From: Macrostomum lignano
Lineage: Eukaryota
NCBI GenBank assembly: GCA_002269645.1
Contig: NIVC01002173.1
Coordinates: forward strand, 1-64,000
Length of the DNA: 64,000 nucleotides
Direction of reading: 5' to 3'
Positions 26,247 through 41,100 of the stretch are shown piece after piece (within the stretch, counting starts at the first letter, position 1; every line of letters starts with the position of its first letter). The position numbers and the translations under genes were made by a program. A model generated the notes under the pieces. It saw nothing but the letters and a program-made list of their open reading frames with translations, was not told where the DNA came from and did no database searches.

Positions 26247-28361
26247 TCAGCACCGGGTCTCGTAAAGGCCGCTCTTGCCGATGTACCGAACCCACTTGAT
26301 GACGTCATGATCCGAGTAGTTCAGCTTGGACTCGAACACCTTTAGGTAGCGGACCTTGAAGCCGGACGGAGCGAAGGGCACCTGGAGGAGGTAGGGGTTG
26401 TTAATTCGATGCTGTCATCAATACTCCAGCAAGAAATCAATCAAAACTTACTACTCAACATTACTTAATAAGTAGCTGGAAAGGGTATTTTTGACACAAA
26501 ACAATAAATTTCCAAAAAAGTTGCACTCAAGTTTTTTCTGCTTATCAATACTAAATATTATAGGCGCTAAAGGACCCGGGTTCGATTCCGTGCGATGTGC
26601 ATGAGAAGGTGTCTGCAAAAAGTATATATTGCTCAGGAGTCAGCGGTCCGCAACCCCCCTTCGGGTGTTTTTATCGTCAGCTCACCGGACCATTGGGACC
26701 TTCAATACGATGACAACTTTGAGACTCTAGTTAGCCAGTGTCAATTAATTCGGTTCTAGAAATATAGAAAAAAATGAATTCCCAGATATTCACCTCGAAG
26801 TTCATGGAGATAGGCGGCCGAGTCCACTTCTTGGCCTTGTCAGTGGCGCTGAGCATGTCGATCTCCGCGCTCAGCTGCCACTCCTTCATGCCGCCCATTC
26901 GCTTGATCTTCCACACGATGGCGTTGTCGGAGGCCTTGTACCTGGCCTTGCCCTTCATGCAGATCACCTGCACTCCGCTGGTGTTCAGCGGGGTGGGGAT
27001 TCGAACCTCCACCTTCTGGGCCAGCAGGGACGGCTTGAAGTTGCTCTTCACCACCACCTTGACCTCCATCTTGGTGCGGCCGATCTCGCGCACTAGCGGG
27101 ATGACCCGGAACGGCAGGCTGATGTCCTTGGTGGTCCGGTAGCGCATCAGCTCGAACTCGCCGTCCGGCGGGATGAACGAGATGGCGTGCTCGGTGTCGA
27201 ACTTGCTGAGCTTCACGCACTGGTGGAACTGGCAGTCGTCAATGGCGATGTGGCCGGCCTTGCCGCCGCCGCCGAGGTTGCCGCCGCCGGAAGTCGCGCC
27301 CGGCTCCTGCCGCTTGCTGTCCACCACAATCTTGTCGTTGATGCCGAACTTGCACTCGGGCATGCCGGACAGGAACGACTTCATCTGCACCCGGCCGGAC
27401 ACGTGGGCGGACAGCACCTGGCCTTGAGGCGACATCAGCAGGTTGACGGACTCGATCACGTCGAGGAACAGCTCGTTGCGCCGGTACTTGATGCCCTCCC
27501 GGCGCCAGGCAATCTGTCCCGTGACCTGCGGTGGCGAATCGGCCAATTTTTATAAGTCAGTCTTGACGCTTAGCATCCAAGTGGTAGCAGTGCCTCAGCA
27601 ACAGGATATCTTAGCAACAGACAGGGTGCCTAAGGAACGGGCAACTTCCCCTAGCAACAGACAGGGTGCCTAAGGAACGGGCAACTTCCCCTAGCAACAG
27701 ACAGGGTGCCTAAGGAACGGGCAACTTCCCCTAGCAACAGACAGGGTGCCTAAGGAACGGGCAACTTCCCCTAGCAACAGACAGGGTGCCTAAGGAACGG
27801 GCAACTTTCCCTGACCCCTAGCAACAGACAGGGTGCCTAAGGAACGGGCAACTTCCCCTAGCAACAGACAGGAGACCTGACAGGCAAGGTCCCCAGAAAA
27901 CATACCTGGTTAGTAATCTTGGTGGTCTCCTCCTTAGTCTGGGACTTGATTCCCTGCTGGGTGATGTAGGTCTTGAGAATGCCCGTGTCGGTGTTCTGCG
28001 GATAGCCGTAGTCCATGATCTCGTCAAGCAGCTCATAGATGAGCACAAAGTTATTCTTGATGTTGTCCTCGTTAATCTTGCCAAAGTAGTTGCCCATGAC
28101 CTCCACCATCTTGTAAAGAAACTGGAACACCAGGGCGGCATTGACGTTCTTCTTGGCCGCGGCGCAGATCCAAATATTGGATCGCTTGATGTGGAAGAAG
28201 CTGGTGTGCGCGATGTTGGTCACCGGCGAGCGCACCTGCTGCCTGGCGTGGATGACGTTGACTCGAAAAGCGTCCACGGCGTTGCGCCCGATGTCGTCTC
28301 GGTAGACGCGAGAGATCAGCACCTCGCCTTTGTGGTTGTACACAAATAGGCCGCCTATCAT
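26247..28361 (-). CDS. AP2M1: AP-2 complex subunit mu (mu2), 3 exons, 440 aa
   Basis: Exons 28361-27906, 27525-26794 and 26381-26247, all phase 0. Sequence [47 protein letters not shown]...[23 protein letters not shown]...[44 protein letters not shown] is near-identical to known mu2. Confidence 0.98.
26571..26590 (+). other. tRNA-like B-box (ggacccgggttcgattcc), possible SINE fragment in AP2M1 intron 2
   Basis: GGTTCGATTCC matches the Pol III B-box/T-loop. No A-box or cloverleaf was found. Confidence 0.3.
27611..27870. repeat. Intronic minisatellite, 40-bp unit ctagcaacagacagggtgcctaaggaacgggcaacttccc
   Basis: Period 40 (27651, 27691...), filling most of AP2M1 intron 1. Confidence 0.95.
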
Positions 28362-31300
28362 TGCTGCTGCTGCCAAGGGCTTGGAACCTTTAAATATCCG
28401 CAAAAAACTACGCGCGCTGGTTCAGGGTTCAGCTGAGGGCCACACAATGTCTAATCCTGTCTGACTTCAGGAGAACTGCAGGAGGTTAGGTCAGGTCAGG
28501 TAGCCAGCAAGTGGTAACTCATTTAATATGAATTAACAATGTTAAAAGTGAAATCTTGGTTAAAACATTTTAATTTTATTTTAACATTATTGTTTTACTG
28601 TTCCAATACTTTGCTTACCAACTATGGTCACTTGAAATGATATGCTCAAACATTGGATTATGAATATTGAAAATTGATTAGATTGCATGTTTACTCAATG
28701 CTCCATATTGTCATTCTCAATGCATTGACTCTAGTCCCTATCTGATAGGGATGTTGTAAGGATTATTTGATAAGGATAATATTGTGTTTAGGATAGAGAG
28801 AGCCCAATTTATTTGTATCAATGCACTTATGAATACTTATTCTTTGTTTCATCAATTTCTCTGTTAACAGAGCATAGTTTATTTCATTAGATAAATAAAT
28901 ATTTGACAATGAGGCCAATGAGGAAAAGTTAAAAGAGAAAATGCCTAAAGACAGCTGTCTCATTTCACTAAAGGCCAAAAACATTGTTGACAAGTTCACA
29001 TCACAAACAACAAAATATTGTCTGCCGAAGGTACTGAGCTTAGATTAAGAGCTATTTTGGCAAATGTAAAACTGCTAGACAATACTCTGGATAACCACTA
29101 TAAGCAAGTTGAAGGTCATCAGGAATCTACCAGTACACATTCAAACTAAAAATGAATGGAAAAGCTAGCTTGCTTTAATTTGCTAATATAATGAATTACT
29201 TTCTTATTAATTTCTCTTTATATTATATATCAATAGTATCAATATATCATTGTATCTAATAAATTTTTAATCTGAAAAAAAAGTTAAAAGACTCTTAATA
29301 CACTGAATATTCTGAAATAAAATCCATTTTTCATTCTAAATTATCCAAATTCAAACTATTAGACTAATAGAACTTATTGGTACCATTTTTTCTAAAGTAA
29401 TCCAATTATATTTACTGAAAGTTAATTCTTGTTGGATGGAAAATAATTGAAAAGTTTTTCTTTTAATAAGATGCCCAAAACTGATCATTTTTATTATTTG
29501 TAATTCAAATATAGTGCTTCCAATAACTTTTTCCCTATATAAACATTCAGTAATGCTACAAAATAAAGCTAATTATTATAATTATTTTATTATATTCTTT
29601 TGGATTAGCAAAGCTTGATATTAGCTGAATGATATATATTAAAGTAATTTTATAATATAATTTACTTTAAAGAGAGAACTAAAATGCTTTTTAACCTTTT
29701 TCAAATAAAAAAGAAAACAACTACTATGTAATGGACTCAAACTAGTATAGGAGACAAATATAAGATAGCCAAATTTGACCATCTGATTTTGTAGTTTCCA
29801 AAAACAAATTTGCATAGTCAGTCATATGTTTAATGCTTAGTCAGTGCTGATATACTATACATGTTACTTTGAAGTGGTTGTCTATATTTTTGTTTTAATC
29901 TTACCTACTCCTTAATTGCTTTTTATTTATATATCAATCATGGTAAAATAATGCATTTCTTCTAAATACTGAAGCTTTCTATATGTATAACAAACAGTAT
30001 ACTTTTTCCTATAGGGCTTGTTTATTGCTTGCAATAATTGCAATTCAATGTTAAGCCAATTGCAAAAACTATAATTCACTTGCAATCTGCCATGCAATCT
30101 ACTTACAAACAATTGTCAATATATGTGCAAGATCTATCTGCCACTTGCAATCAAGTCCCAATTATTGCAATTTCAGTTGCTTAGGATATCCCAGGCATCT
30201 GGATAAAAAGCCTCATGGATAACATGAGCTCTGTTTAATTGGCCATAGAGCCCAGCTCCATCTAGCTATTTGAGCCAGACTACCATGTTATACCACCACT
30301 ATTACCTACAACTTGGACTAGCAAATTGAGCTATAGCTCAATTGGCACTTGGCTGCCAAATGCAAGCAATGACCTGGAGCATACATGCACAACAGTCGGC
30401 TGAGTTGGCCGATCTGGCTGACCGATTTGGCGGCCAACCAAAGAAGTCGCAAAAATGCCCACCAAAAAAACCCAAGTAGTAGTACAAAGTAGCCGACGAG
30501 GCATTTTGGCTAAATAAGACAGTCATAGTTACTCCTGCCGTTTACCCAAAGTTGCGTTAATTTTGTTCTAGGGTTTTTTACATATAAGTCACATTTTTGG
30601 CCAAAAAGTACGTCACATTTTTGTTAAAACTAAGTCGCATGGCCGACCGAAATTTGGGGGTTGCGCATGTATGACCTGGAGACTGAACTACAGGACCAGA
30701 CCTAGCAATTACCTGAGCTACTGCTGTGGGAAATCAATGAGAAATTAGCCCCAGCACTAGATACATTAGCAATTGCTAGAAATGGACCAGCCTAACCTAC
30801 CACTACAAGCTAGCAATTGCCACTTTGGCAATTGAAATGGCCACCACTATAACTGCAATTTAGCTCTACAACAAGACTGAAGGTCAGCAGCTAGGGCTTT
30901 GTTATACCTTGGTGGCTCTGGCCATTGACCACTTAGCTATCTAGCATAGAAGGCTACCCATTACCAGTAGAACAACTTTGCTACTGTGCTTATATTGCAA
31001 GCTTGGCTACAACTTTGGACCAGTCTCAAGTGGCCCTGCTTGACAATATTGCATGCAATATATGGCTGGCCAATTAAGAAAACCAAGCCCTAGTGCACTA
31101 TAGCAAATACCCATAACCCAGCAAAACATAAGTATGGATTTTGACCACATTTTGGTGCTCCTTGACTGCCATATGGTGATCTAGCATAGCAACCCAGTTG
31201 GCCTCAGCAGAAGAGGTGTCACTAGCAGAAAGGGTGGCACTTGACATGCCAGCAGATAGAACAGCAGTGCCAGCACTGGTGGCAGTCATGGCGTTGTTAT

Positions 31301-33569
31301 TGGTATCAGCTTCCTCCGATGTGCGTTGGCTGCCAAGGTCAGCTGACCCTGATGTCTCTCCAACATCAGCATGTAAGCGACTGCCTGTGTGCATTGACTC
31401 TGCAGCATGGAACTTTGGCAGTTGCTCATTGGCCAGGACCTTTTCAAGCGCCATCTCTAGACACAAAAAATATCTGACCTGCTGTTGCAGTTCCTCCATC
31501 TGTGTGTTGATTTCTTGCAACTGGACTGTATGTCAGTCCAGCTCAGTCTCTGTATATATAGGTGAAAGGAATACATCAGGGGAGGGAGTAAAAAGTGTTG
31601 GCATAGTGGACACAATTACCTTGCACTGGCCAAGAGATATAGCAGCAAGATGTTGCTACAGTTTGAAAGGTATAATACTGCAACCATGTGTTCACTTACT
31701 TCTGGCATCGGACAAGTCATAGAGGTAGGATATATCAAGCTGCAGGCCACAGCATGACCTAACCTGCTTATACAATATCAATAGATAGTGACCCATTAAA
31801 TATATATGCACCCTTTTTTATGTAGACTTGTAAAAACCTGAATTTTTTCAGACCATCACTGATGGGACAGCAAGCGTCACCAAAGGGATAATGTTTAGAG
31901 TCACAAGTTTATATAACAACATGCACCTATACAGCTTAAGCTTATATATAAGCATCTTAACTACCTAGTTTTGCATTGATAAAGAAAAGAAAAATTAAGC
32001 AAGAAAACTGTGAGAGTTATTTTTGGCAAAGAAAAAAATGCATCCCAGCTTATATTTTAGAACATTTCTTGATTGCATTTCAAATGTATTTTGACCACAT
32101 CATGCCATTTTGAACGTTTCTTGACCATATTTGACCACATTTTGATTATAAGTTGACCATTTTTGATTGCATTTATTTAACCGCAAAAATGGGCAAGGTA
32201 GACTGTTTTTTTTTACTTTCACAGCAAAATTTTATCAAAAAAAGTCCAATTATGGTCAAAATCTATATTTATTTTTTGATGGGAAGGACTAAGAGATCCA
32301 ATGTTCATTTTGTCAATGCAGCACTCTTATGCCTATGGTAAAAGAGGCTACCATATTGATTTTTTTAGACTTGTAAAATAAAGACTCATCCCTTTGTCCC
32401 AAGACTGGCCCTGACTTTCAACCCTAAAGTGTTCCTTCACATCATTTTATAATTGTCCTATTTCCTGGGTTTAGTCTTTTTTCTTGTGGTTAGTACATCT
32501 TTTACTTTTTCTAGCCTTGTCTCTCCTTTGCTTGCTTTTTTACTTTATCTATGATTTAAATATATTTCATATATCTACCATTTGCTATTTTGTGTTTAAT
32601 CATTTCATGTCCTCCCTTGCCCCTCGGCCAATGCTTGTCCTATTTTAACTAAAACCTACTGTCTAGGTTTGTCCATTGAATATTTTCTAGGTTTTTAAAT
32701 ATACCCACTTTATACTGCTCTACATTAACTGTTTCTTCTTATTTTCTTACTTATTTTTTTCTGAATATTCTAGATTATTTTGCATTTTTCTTATTTACTA
32801 CCCATTTATTGCTTGAACCCCATGTAGATTAGCCTTTTTGCAATGCAGCTCCTTCATTTTATCATATGCAATCAATTCTAAGCTGAACTTGATCAATAAA
32901 TAATGATTGTTCAAGTGCATTTATTCTTTGATAAGCCCAAAGCTTTATCTTAAATTGCCTATGGGGAAAAATAACCATATTTTCCAACTCTAAGTAAACT
33001 TTAAGAATTAGATATTCTATAAATATTATATAAATTATAACTATAATTAGCAATATTATATTACTAATAATAAGCTTCAACATAAATCAATGCACATTAA
33101 AACCTTGGTATTAAAGGACTTTAATGGCTGTGCCTAATTACAACTAGGCCCTACTCAACAATAGTCTTAGCTACCCTTCTTTGAAATTGAAAACCCATAG
33201 GCCCTAGCAGATAGAATAACCCTATAAACAAAATTCACAAGATTTGACCATGTGATATTTCTTCTAGCTTTAAACATAAAAACTCTAATTCAAATGGCAG
33301 TTGAACTTTTTAAATTTTGAGTTTGCCACAACATTTCAATTTTTTTGTTTTGCAACTACTCTTATCTTACAAATAATCTTAGTTATTAGCCAATATAAGC
33401 TAGGCTATTTAGGTCTATGAATTATTAAGTTTAAAGATTAGGGTATATTAGCAATAGATATTATTTATTCATTGCTTAGTCTTATCAAAAAATAATTGAC
33501 CACTAAGTTAAATGGCATATGACAAGTATGAAAACAGAAAAATAGAAGGAAATAGAATAAAAATAATTT

Positions 33570-34545
33570 GGCATTCCTTTGGTTTACGATCATTTTTCCA
33601 CCCACATTTCGGTTCACGATCCCCATGTAATTTTTCATATAAATGATCATAGCTTGCTTGAAATAAACAAAAATTGTTAAACTGAGCTTATTCGTTATAT
33701 TAAAAAAAACTGAACGGAATAGCCGACAAATGGTTTCTTTCATGGCATGGCAATGACAAGGATCCTATATATCCACTTTGGTTTACGATCATTTAAACGG
33801 AAGCAATACATGTAAATGATTGTGAACCAAAGCTAGCGTATGTGTGTAAGGGGGGTTTGGTGTTTTACAAGCTCTATCTGAAATCGATCACTATCTCAAT
33901 ACATGGCTAGCTTTGGTTCACGATCATTTACATGTATTTTTTCCATTTAAATGATCGTGTACCGAAGCTGAGGCCTGAGGGGGGGGTGTCGAAGACATAT
34001 ATAGTCATATATTTATTTGGTGGCTTGTTGGCGATTGAAATGTCATCTTGAGTTAACGTGCGCTCCGAAGTAACTTGATGCTTTATTATTCTCTGCACGC
34101 TGCCACCCCCCCTCAGCTTTGGTTTACAATCATTTAGATGTAAGCAATACATGTCAATGATCGTGAATCGAAGCTAGCCATGTATTGAGATAGTGATCGA
34201 TTTCAGATAGAGCTTGTAAAACACCAAACCCCCCTTACACACATACGCTAGCTTCGGTTTACGATCATTTACATGTATCTCTTCCATTTAAATGATCGTA
34301 AACTGAAGTGGATATAGGATCATCTTTGGATTCTTGGAACTGTGAAATGGATCACTATAACCCCTTTACCTTCTTGTTTCATTTGAACATGCAGCTAGTG
34401 TTATGATGGATAAATAAAAAGGATTGGAGTGCTTGTCTACACAGTTTTTTTTGCATTTGATGAAATAAACAACAATTTTGTATCTTCCCTATCTCTCCAA
34501 TGGGGATCGTCACTAATTTCAATGATCGTAAACAAAAGGAATGCC
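33570..34545. mobile_element. Non-autonomous DNA transposon with GG termini, 8-bp TSD and nested inner foldback (Merlin- or Mutator-like)
   Basis: Ends ggcattcctttggtttacgatcat / atgatcgtaaacaaaaggaatgcc. TSD AATAATTT at 33562-33569 and 34546-34553. Inner inverted arms span ~33762-33985 and ~34107-34321. Confidence 0.8.
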
Positions 34546-35187
34546 AATAATTTTATACTAAGTTTTTTACTACTAGTCTACTAGGGCCTCCAGTCGTCTT
34601 GTCGCTGGATTGACTGGAAGCCAGCCTAAAAGTCTAAAACATGCATGCCTATTCAACTGTTTTAAGGCCTATTTGATTTCTATAAAGCTTTATATTTGAC
34701 GACTGACATAAAAACGAGATAAAAGATTCATAAATAGTTTCTATTTATTTTATAAACACTTGCAAACCAAAAAATGACATATAAAAACAGATTCATAATA
34801 TGTTTCTTTTTTAATAATAGCCAATAGGCCTACCCTTAGATTTATTGTGAATTTATAAAAAAATGCTCCCTACATCTACATACGTTTTTAAAAAGTTTTA
34901 ATGGTAAAACTAATTAAACACGGCTTATGCTAGTTTCACAAAGTTATTCTTTTAATTAAGTTTGCAACACAGTAAATAAACTTTATTATTTTGTTTCTTA
35001 ATCTTTAAAAGCTTTATTTAGTACACGATGATTGTATTGAGCGCATTTTTAACATTTGTAAACTTCGCAACTTCCGTTTCCTGGAAGGGTTTTAAGCTAA
35101 TGCGTTTAAGCTAGAATATGTTCGCGGTGTAGTAGGGAACACACGCGTCTTTATTTTTTGCATTTCTGTACTACTCATAACGACAAA

Positions 35188-38100
35188 ATGCCCATTAATA
35201 AGCAGGGTAAGTTACTGTTCATGTAATTAATACTAATATGTGACATCTCACACCTGTAAATTGCTACAAAAGTGTTGTTCATTTCATTCTTTTACTGAGG
35301 TGTCAAATAATATAAGATAGGAAGCTAGCTAAATAAATTAGGAGTTTGGAATATCATTCTACAACACTACTCAAAATGTGTTTTGTCTGTAGCTTTGAAG
35401 AAGTAACAAGTATTTGAATAATTGAATTAATTGATTTTGACTTTCTTAATCTAAATATACTAAATCTCAAAGGTTTGTATGTCCATAACGCTCTAGAGAT
35501 TGCAATTCTTGACCAATTGGAATACTATTTCTATTGTTTAATAGGTATTTTTTCATTAGACTAAATGATTTTTGGATTGAGATCTGAATTAAGGTGTTTC
35601 ATAATTTCATTTTTCATATTAGTCTTCATACTATAGTATGAAATACATCCAAACATATAATGTTTAAAATAGGCTAGGCCCAACGCATTTTTTGTGAATT
35701 AAGATTTACACTATTAGATGTGTTGTTATATGAAAAGGAACTACTATTAATTTTAGGTAAAAATAAATAAAAATGCATATTTTAGTTAAAAATACATGCA
35801 ACAAGGACACCTTGATATCTGAAATGTGTATGGTAAAATATTGTATTTATTATATGCTAGAGGCTTAAGTTCATCACTCGAACGATTCAGGCGTTATTGA
35901 ATTACATTCTCAGTTTACTCTGCATGCTTTGCCATTGTCAATCCTGCATGCTGACTTGTCAAATGAGAATGCATGCAATTGCAATTTAGCATTTTTTCTC
36001 TGATTCAGTTATAGTTTCTGCTTGCTTTTTTGAGAATTCACTCAATAATCAAATTTACAAAAAAATAATTCAAGCAAACAGAAATATGATGATATTCACT
36101 GGCCAGTAATAAAACTAATTATAAATGCTGTAAAGTAACAAACGCTGTCAATTTGATTGACATTCTCTGTCACAGATTTATTCACTACACAGATTTTACT
36201 CGATTTCGCCTAAGTAAAAAAGTCGATCACTTGAACTTCTTGGGGCCTCTGGAACAGCCGAGTCCATCATCATTGAGCATGCACCAGCTGCCAGCGTGAC
36301 AGAAGCGATGCCGCCCCCTCCATTTCCGATGTTCTCCGCCTGAACAGTCCCAAATTCAATGCAGTCTGGAGTAGTTTCCCGTCCCGGCGCCTTCCGCCCT
36401 CAGAACTCAGAGGAGGAGACGCAGCGGCTGTGGGGCAGGAAAGACAGGGGATAATCAATGTGATTGACTAAATGAGTGGTAGGGGAGAGGCGCAGACTCC
36501 ATTCCCGAAGACTTGCTGGTTTGGGGACTTGGCCGCAACCAACTCATGCATGAGACTCATTGCACCTCATTGCGCTTCGCTTCCTCTTTCATTCTTGCTA
36601 AAGAAAACTTTTCTGTCAACGAGGTTTCTGCCGGCTTCGCCCCTCCCAGTTCGCCCCGCTGCATCTGCTGACTAGCGGCTGTAATTCAGGTTGAAAGAAT
36701 GAACTTTTGCTGCACTGCACCCGAAATTTGTCTTATTAAATGGAACCTCACTAAATTCACGTTTAAAACACTGAAGGTTCATAGAAACTTGAATTATTAC
36801 ATGTCTGCTGCTCTGGACAGTGAAATTATATCGTTAAAAAAAACCAACCTTCTTAGAAACCCGACCTTTCTGTAGCAAAAATCAATGAAGCAGATTTGAT
36901 ATCCGGATCTACTTTAATCTTTAGGATCTCAGTTCAAGGCAACGCCGTATGCCTTTGCCAGCCCTTTCCCCCATAGTCTGCTTCACCGATCCAAGTGACA
37001 GGCTCTAATCCGATCAAACTTATTTAGGTTTGTGATTAACACTGCAACTATAAGCTATATTGCTGCTAGTATCAATTGGGCAAATTTGCCAGCGCTCACG
37101 CATGTCTACTGTGCTCAATTCCGTTTGACAGACGCGACTCGAGCCCTGGAGCTGCTTGAGCAGTACCAGACTCAGCTGAACGCGACCGAGGACGCTAAGC
37201 TGAGGGCCGCCATCGAGCGAGTCATTCGAATCTTCAAGTCCAAGCTGTTTAATGCTCTTGTCGGTGAGTGCAATAGTTACAGCTCATAACGGACTGAACT
37301 GTATTTTGGGAACACAAACATCTCTAGCTGTGCAGTCTCAGTTCACCCCCACCGGCCCTAACACAGAAATTCAAGAGTTTTACGAGGTGACGCTGCTGGA
37401 TGAGAACAAATCGTTGGAGCAGAAAGCGATGGAAACTCAGCGAGTTGCCGACCGATGGGCCGACGGGCCTCAGTCTGCGAATGGACCGACGAGGCAGCAG
37501 AAGGTGAGTCGCTTTTTGGCAAGCTGACGGAATAACCAGTGGCTGAGTCAGGCTATTCAGTGACTGGATAACAGGCTATTCAGTGACTTGATAGCAGGCT
37601 GTTCAGTGACTGGATTACAGGCTATTCAGTGACTGGATAACAGGCTATTCAGTGACTGGATAACAGGCTATTCAGTGACTTGATAGCAGGCTGTTCAGTG
37701 ACTGGATAACAGGCTATTCAGTGACAGGATAACAGGCTATTCAGTGACTGGATAACAGGCTATTCAGTGACTGGATAACAGGCTATTCAGTGACTTGATA
37801 GCAGGCTGTTCAGTGACTGGATAACAGGCTATTCAGTGACAGGATAACAGGCTATTCAGTGACTGGATAACAGGCTATTCAGTGACTGGATAACAGGCTA
37901 TTCAGTGACTTGATAGCAGGCTGTTCAGTGACTGGATAACAGGCTATTCAGTGACAGGATAACAGGCTATTCAGTGACTGGATAACAGGCTATTCAGTGA
38001 CTGGATAACAGGCTATTCAGTGACTGGATAGCAGGCTGTTCAGTGACTGGATTACAGGCTATTCAGTGACAGGATAACAGGCTATTCAGTGACTGGATAA

Positions 38101-41100
38101 CAGGCTATTCAGTGACTGGATAACAGGCTATTCAGTGACTTGATAGCAGGCTGTTCAGTGACTGGATAACAGGCTATTCAGTGACAGGATAACAGGCTAT
38201 TCAGTGACTGGATAACAGGCTATTCAGTGACTGGATAACAGGCTATTCAGTGACTGGATAGCAGGCTGTTCAGTGACTGGATTACAGGCTATTCAGTGAC
38301 TGGATAACAGGCTATTCAGTGACTTGATAGCAGGCTGTTCAGTGACTGGATTACAGGCTATTCAGTGACAGGATAACAGGCTATTCAGTGACAGGATAAC
38401 AGGCTATTCAGTGACAGGATAACAGGCTATTCAGTGACTGGATAACAGGCTATTCAGTGACTGGATAACAGGCTATTCAGTGACAGGATAACAGGCTATT
38501 TAGTAACTAAAGTAAACAATCCAGTGCTGGAAAAAGTTGTAAGAGAAAGGTCTTTAAGGTCTAGAGCCTCCTGAGCAGCTTTGGTACTTACGTGGCACAC
38601 TGTCAGGGCTGCAACACGTTATCGATCGGTCTAGCATTGATTTGCTTTTAGTGGGAAAAAAGTAAGACCTTTTTGTGTGCTTGCGTCTGCTGTACTCAAA
38701 TTCTAAAACTCTTGCGTGAGTTGCCGCTACCGGCCAATTGGATTTGCTTTCCCATGCAGCCTCAAGCCGAACCGACTGCTCCGAAGGCCAACTAGTAGAG
38801 CACTCTTGGCACAATTCTCGGTGCACAATTAGCCATGGTAGTCGAGCCCGGGTGCAAACTCGATTTTGCTGAGCGCTCGCCGACTTCAAGTCATTGAGAA
38901 TTCAATTTGCAGTCCTGTTTCTCTGTCTCTCTCCGGATGTCTTGCAGCCATTTCTGTTGAAATGTTTTCGGAACGAGAGTCGTAGAAGAAGCGGAGAAGA
39001 ATTGCAGCAGTTTGATTGCAGGTGCGCCCACTTCTGCCGCTGTCCCGAAGCAGGCAGGCGCTCACACGGGGTGTAAAAAGCGGCTTTGACTATTTCCAAA
39101 GCAATCCGATATTTCTGACCCATGCAGGCTTGTTCGGCCTACCCTAACGACGGGAAGTCAGAATTCTGAAAGCTGGAACCGAGCCCAGGCTTAATTCCAT
39201 ATACGAGCTATAAGTAGCCAAATATGTATGCAGAATAAAAAAGTTCAGCATCGTCTCAGAGATGATTCAAACTGCCTGCCTGCCATGCCATTAAGCTGAT
39301 GCGATGTGACATGCTCAATACCCGCGGGAGTGCCGGGAAAATGGAAATGCAATTTTAGAGACTTACTTTCCTGTGGAGAGTGCATCTTGTCCAGAGATGG
39401 GACTAAGTTGTTCAGGCCTTGCCGGCTACCTACTACTTACTCTCCGGGCAAGTAGTTGCTGCTCAAAAAGCTGTCGATTTATGGTAGAAGGTAGAAGCTG
39501 AAGCACGAGTATTAAGGCCCTGAACAAAACCGGAATTTGAAGCGAGCGAAAAACAAGTCGGCTACCCTCGCGTGGAAAACTTTGCACGCACGTCCCCCGC
39601 TTTTTCTAGAAACCTGCCGCACCGTCATCTCCGCCGCTGCCACCGCCGGACTCGTCCGTCGGCGCCTTCGAGGTGGTGCTCCGTCGACTCGCCGGTCAGG
39701 GCTTCGGCTTCAGCATCGCTGGCGGAGTCGACGAGCCGCACCAGCCCGGCGACAGCCGCCTGTTCGTCACGAAGGTCGCGCCGGGTGGCGTAGCCGAATC
39801 CGACGGCCGGATGTCTGTCGGTGACGTCATTCTGGCCGTGAACGGCGTCGACGTCACCTCTGTGTCGCACGAGGCGGCCGTATCGGCGCTGAAGATGTCG
39901 GGCGCTCAGCTCAGTCTCCTCATGTTGAGGCCGCCGCCTCAGCCGCAGCCGGCTTTGAAACCGACAGCTGAAGCTGCGCCTCTGCCGGCTGAGCCGCCAG
40001 TTACCATGGAGACTGGCGCTGAGGCCAACGGAGGTACATTTCTACCTGCTTGAGTTTTTTAGCTGCTAATCCAGTAAATTCCAGGAATGTTTATCTTAAT
40101 GACTCGTCATGTCAGAGATTTACTTCTCGACTTCTCGAACTCACCTCGGACTCACCTCGGACTCACCTCTCGGACTCACCTCTCGGACTCACCTCTCGGA
40201 CTCACCTCTCGGACTCACCTCTCGGACTCACCTCTCGGACTCACCTCTCGGACTCACCTCTCGGACTCACCTCTCGGACTCACCTCTCGGACTCACCTCT
40301 CGGACTCACCTCTCGGACTCACCTCTCGGACTCACCTCTCGGACTCACCTCTCGGACTCACCTCTCGGACTCACCTCTCGGACTCACCTCTCGGACTCAC
40401 CTCTCGGACTCACCTCTCGGACTCACTATTGAAGCTTCTCCCACCCAATGCGTCTCCCGTGTTGCAGGCGGCGGCCCGCTGGAGGTGACGCTGTCCAAGA
40501 CGGCCCGCGGCCTGGGCTTCAGCATCGCCGGCGGGACGGACAATCAGCACCTGCCTGGCGACGACTCGATCTTCGTCACGAAGGTGATCGACGGCGGCGC
40601 CGCGCAGCACAGTGGCCGCATCGGCTTCGGCGACCGCCTGCTGGCCGTTGACGGCCGCCCGTTGACCGCCTGCACCCACCAGGAGGCCGTGGCCACCCTC
40701 AAAGCCACCGGCGACCGGGTCCGCCTCACCGTTGGCAAGGCGACGCCCGAGGAGGTCGCCCTGCTCATTGAGCTGGATGAGGCTGCTCGGTTGGAGGAAC
40801 AGGAGGCTGAAGCTGCGGCTGCTGGTGAGTTGCTGACTCATCTGTATGTGCTCAGCTATGGTTGCTGACTCATCTGTATGTGCTCAGCTATGGTTGCTGA
40901 CTCATCTGTATGTGCTCAGCTATGGTTGCTGACTCACCTGTATGTGCTCAGCTATGGTTGCTGACTCATCTGTATGTGCTCAGCTATGGTTGCTGACTCA
41001 TCTGTATGTGCTCAGCTATGGTCTCTGACTCATCTGTATTTGCTCAGCTATGGTTGCTGACTCATCTGTATGTGCTCAGCTATGGTTGCTGACTCATCTG

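Noticed and set aside
31098-31520. 140-aa minus-strand ORF with short coiled coil (MQEINTQMEELQQQV) resembling a retroelement ORF1
   Set aside because: No RT, endonuclease or zinc-knuckle motif nearby, and it sits in a CpG-depleted decayed block. Too weak to call.
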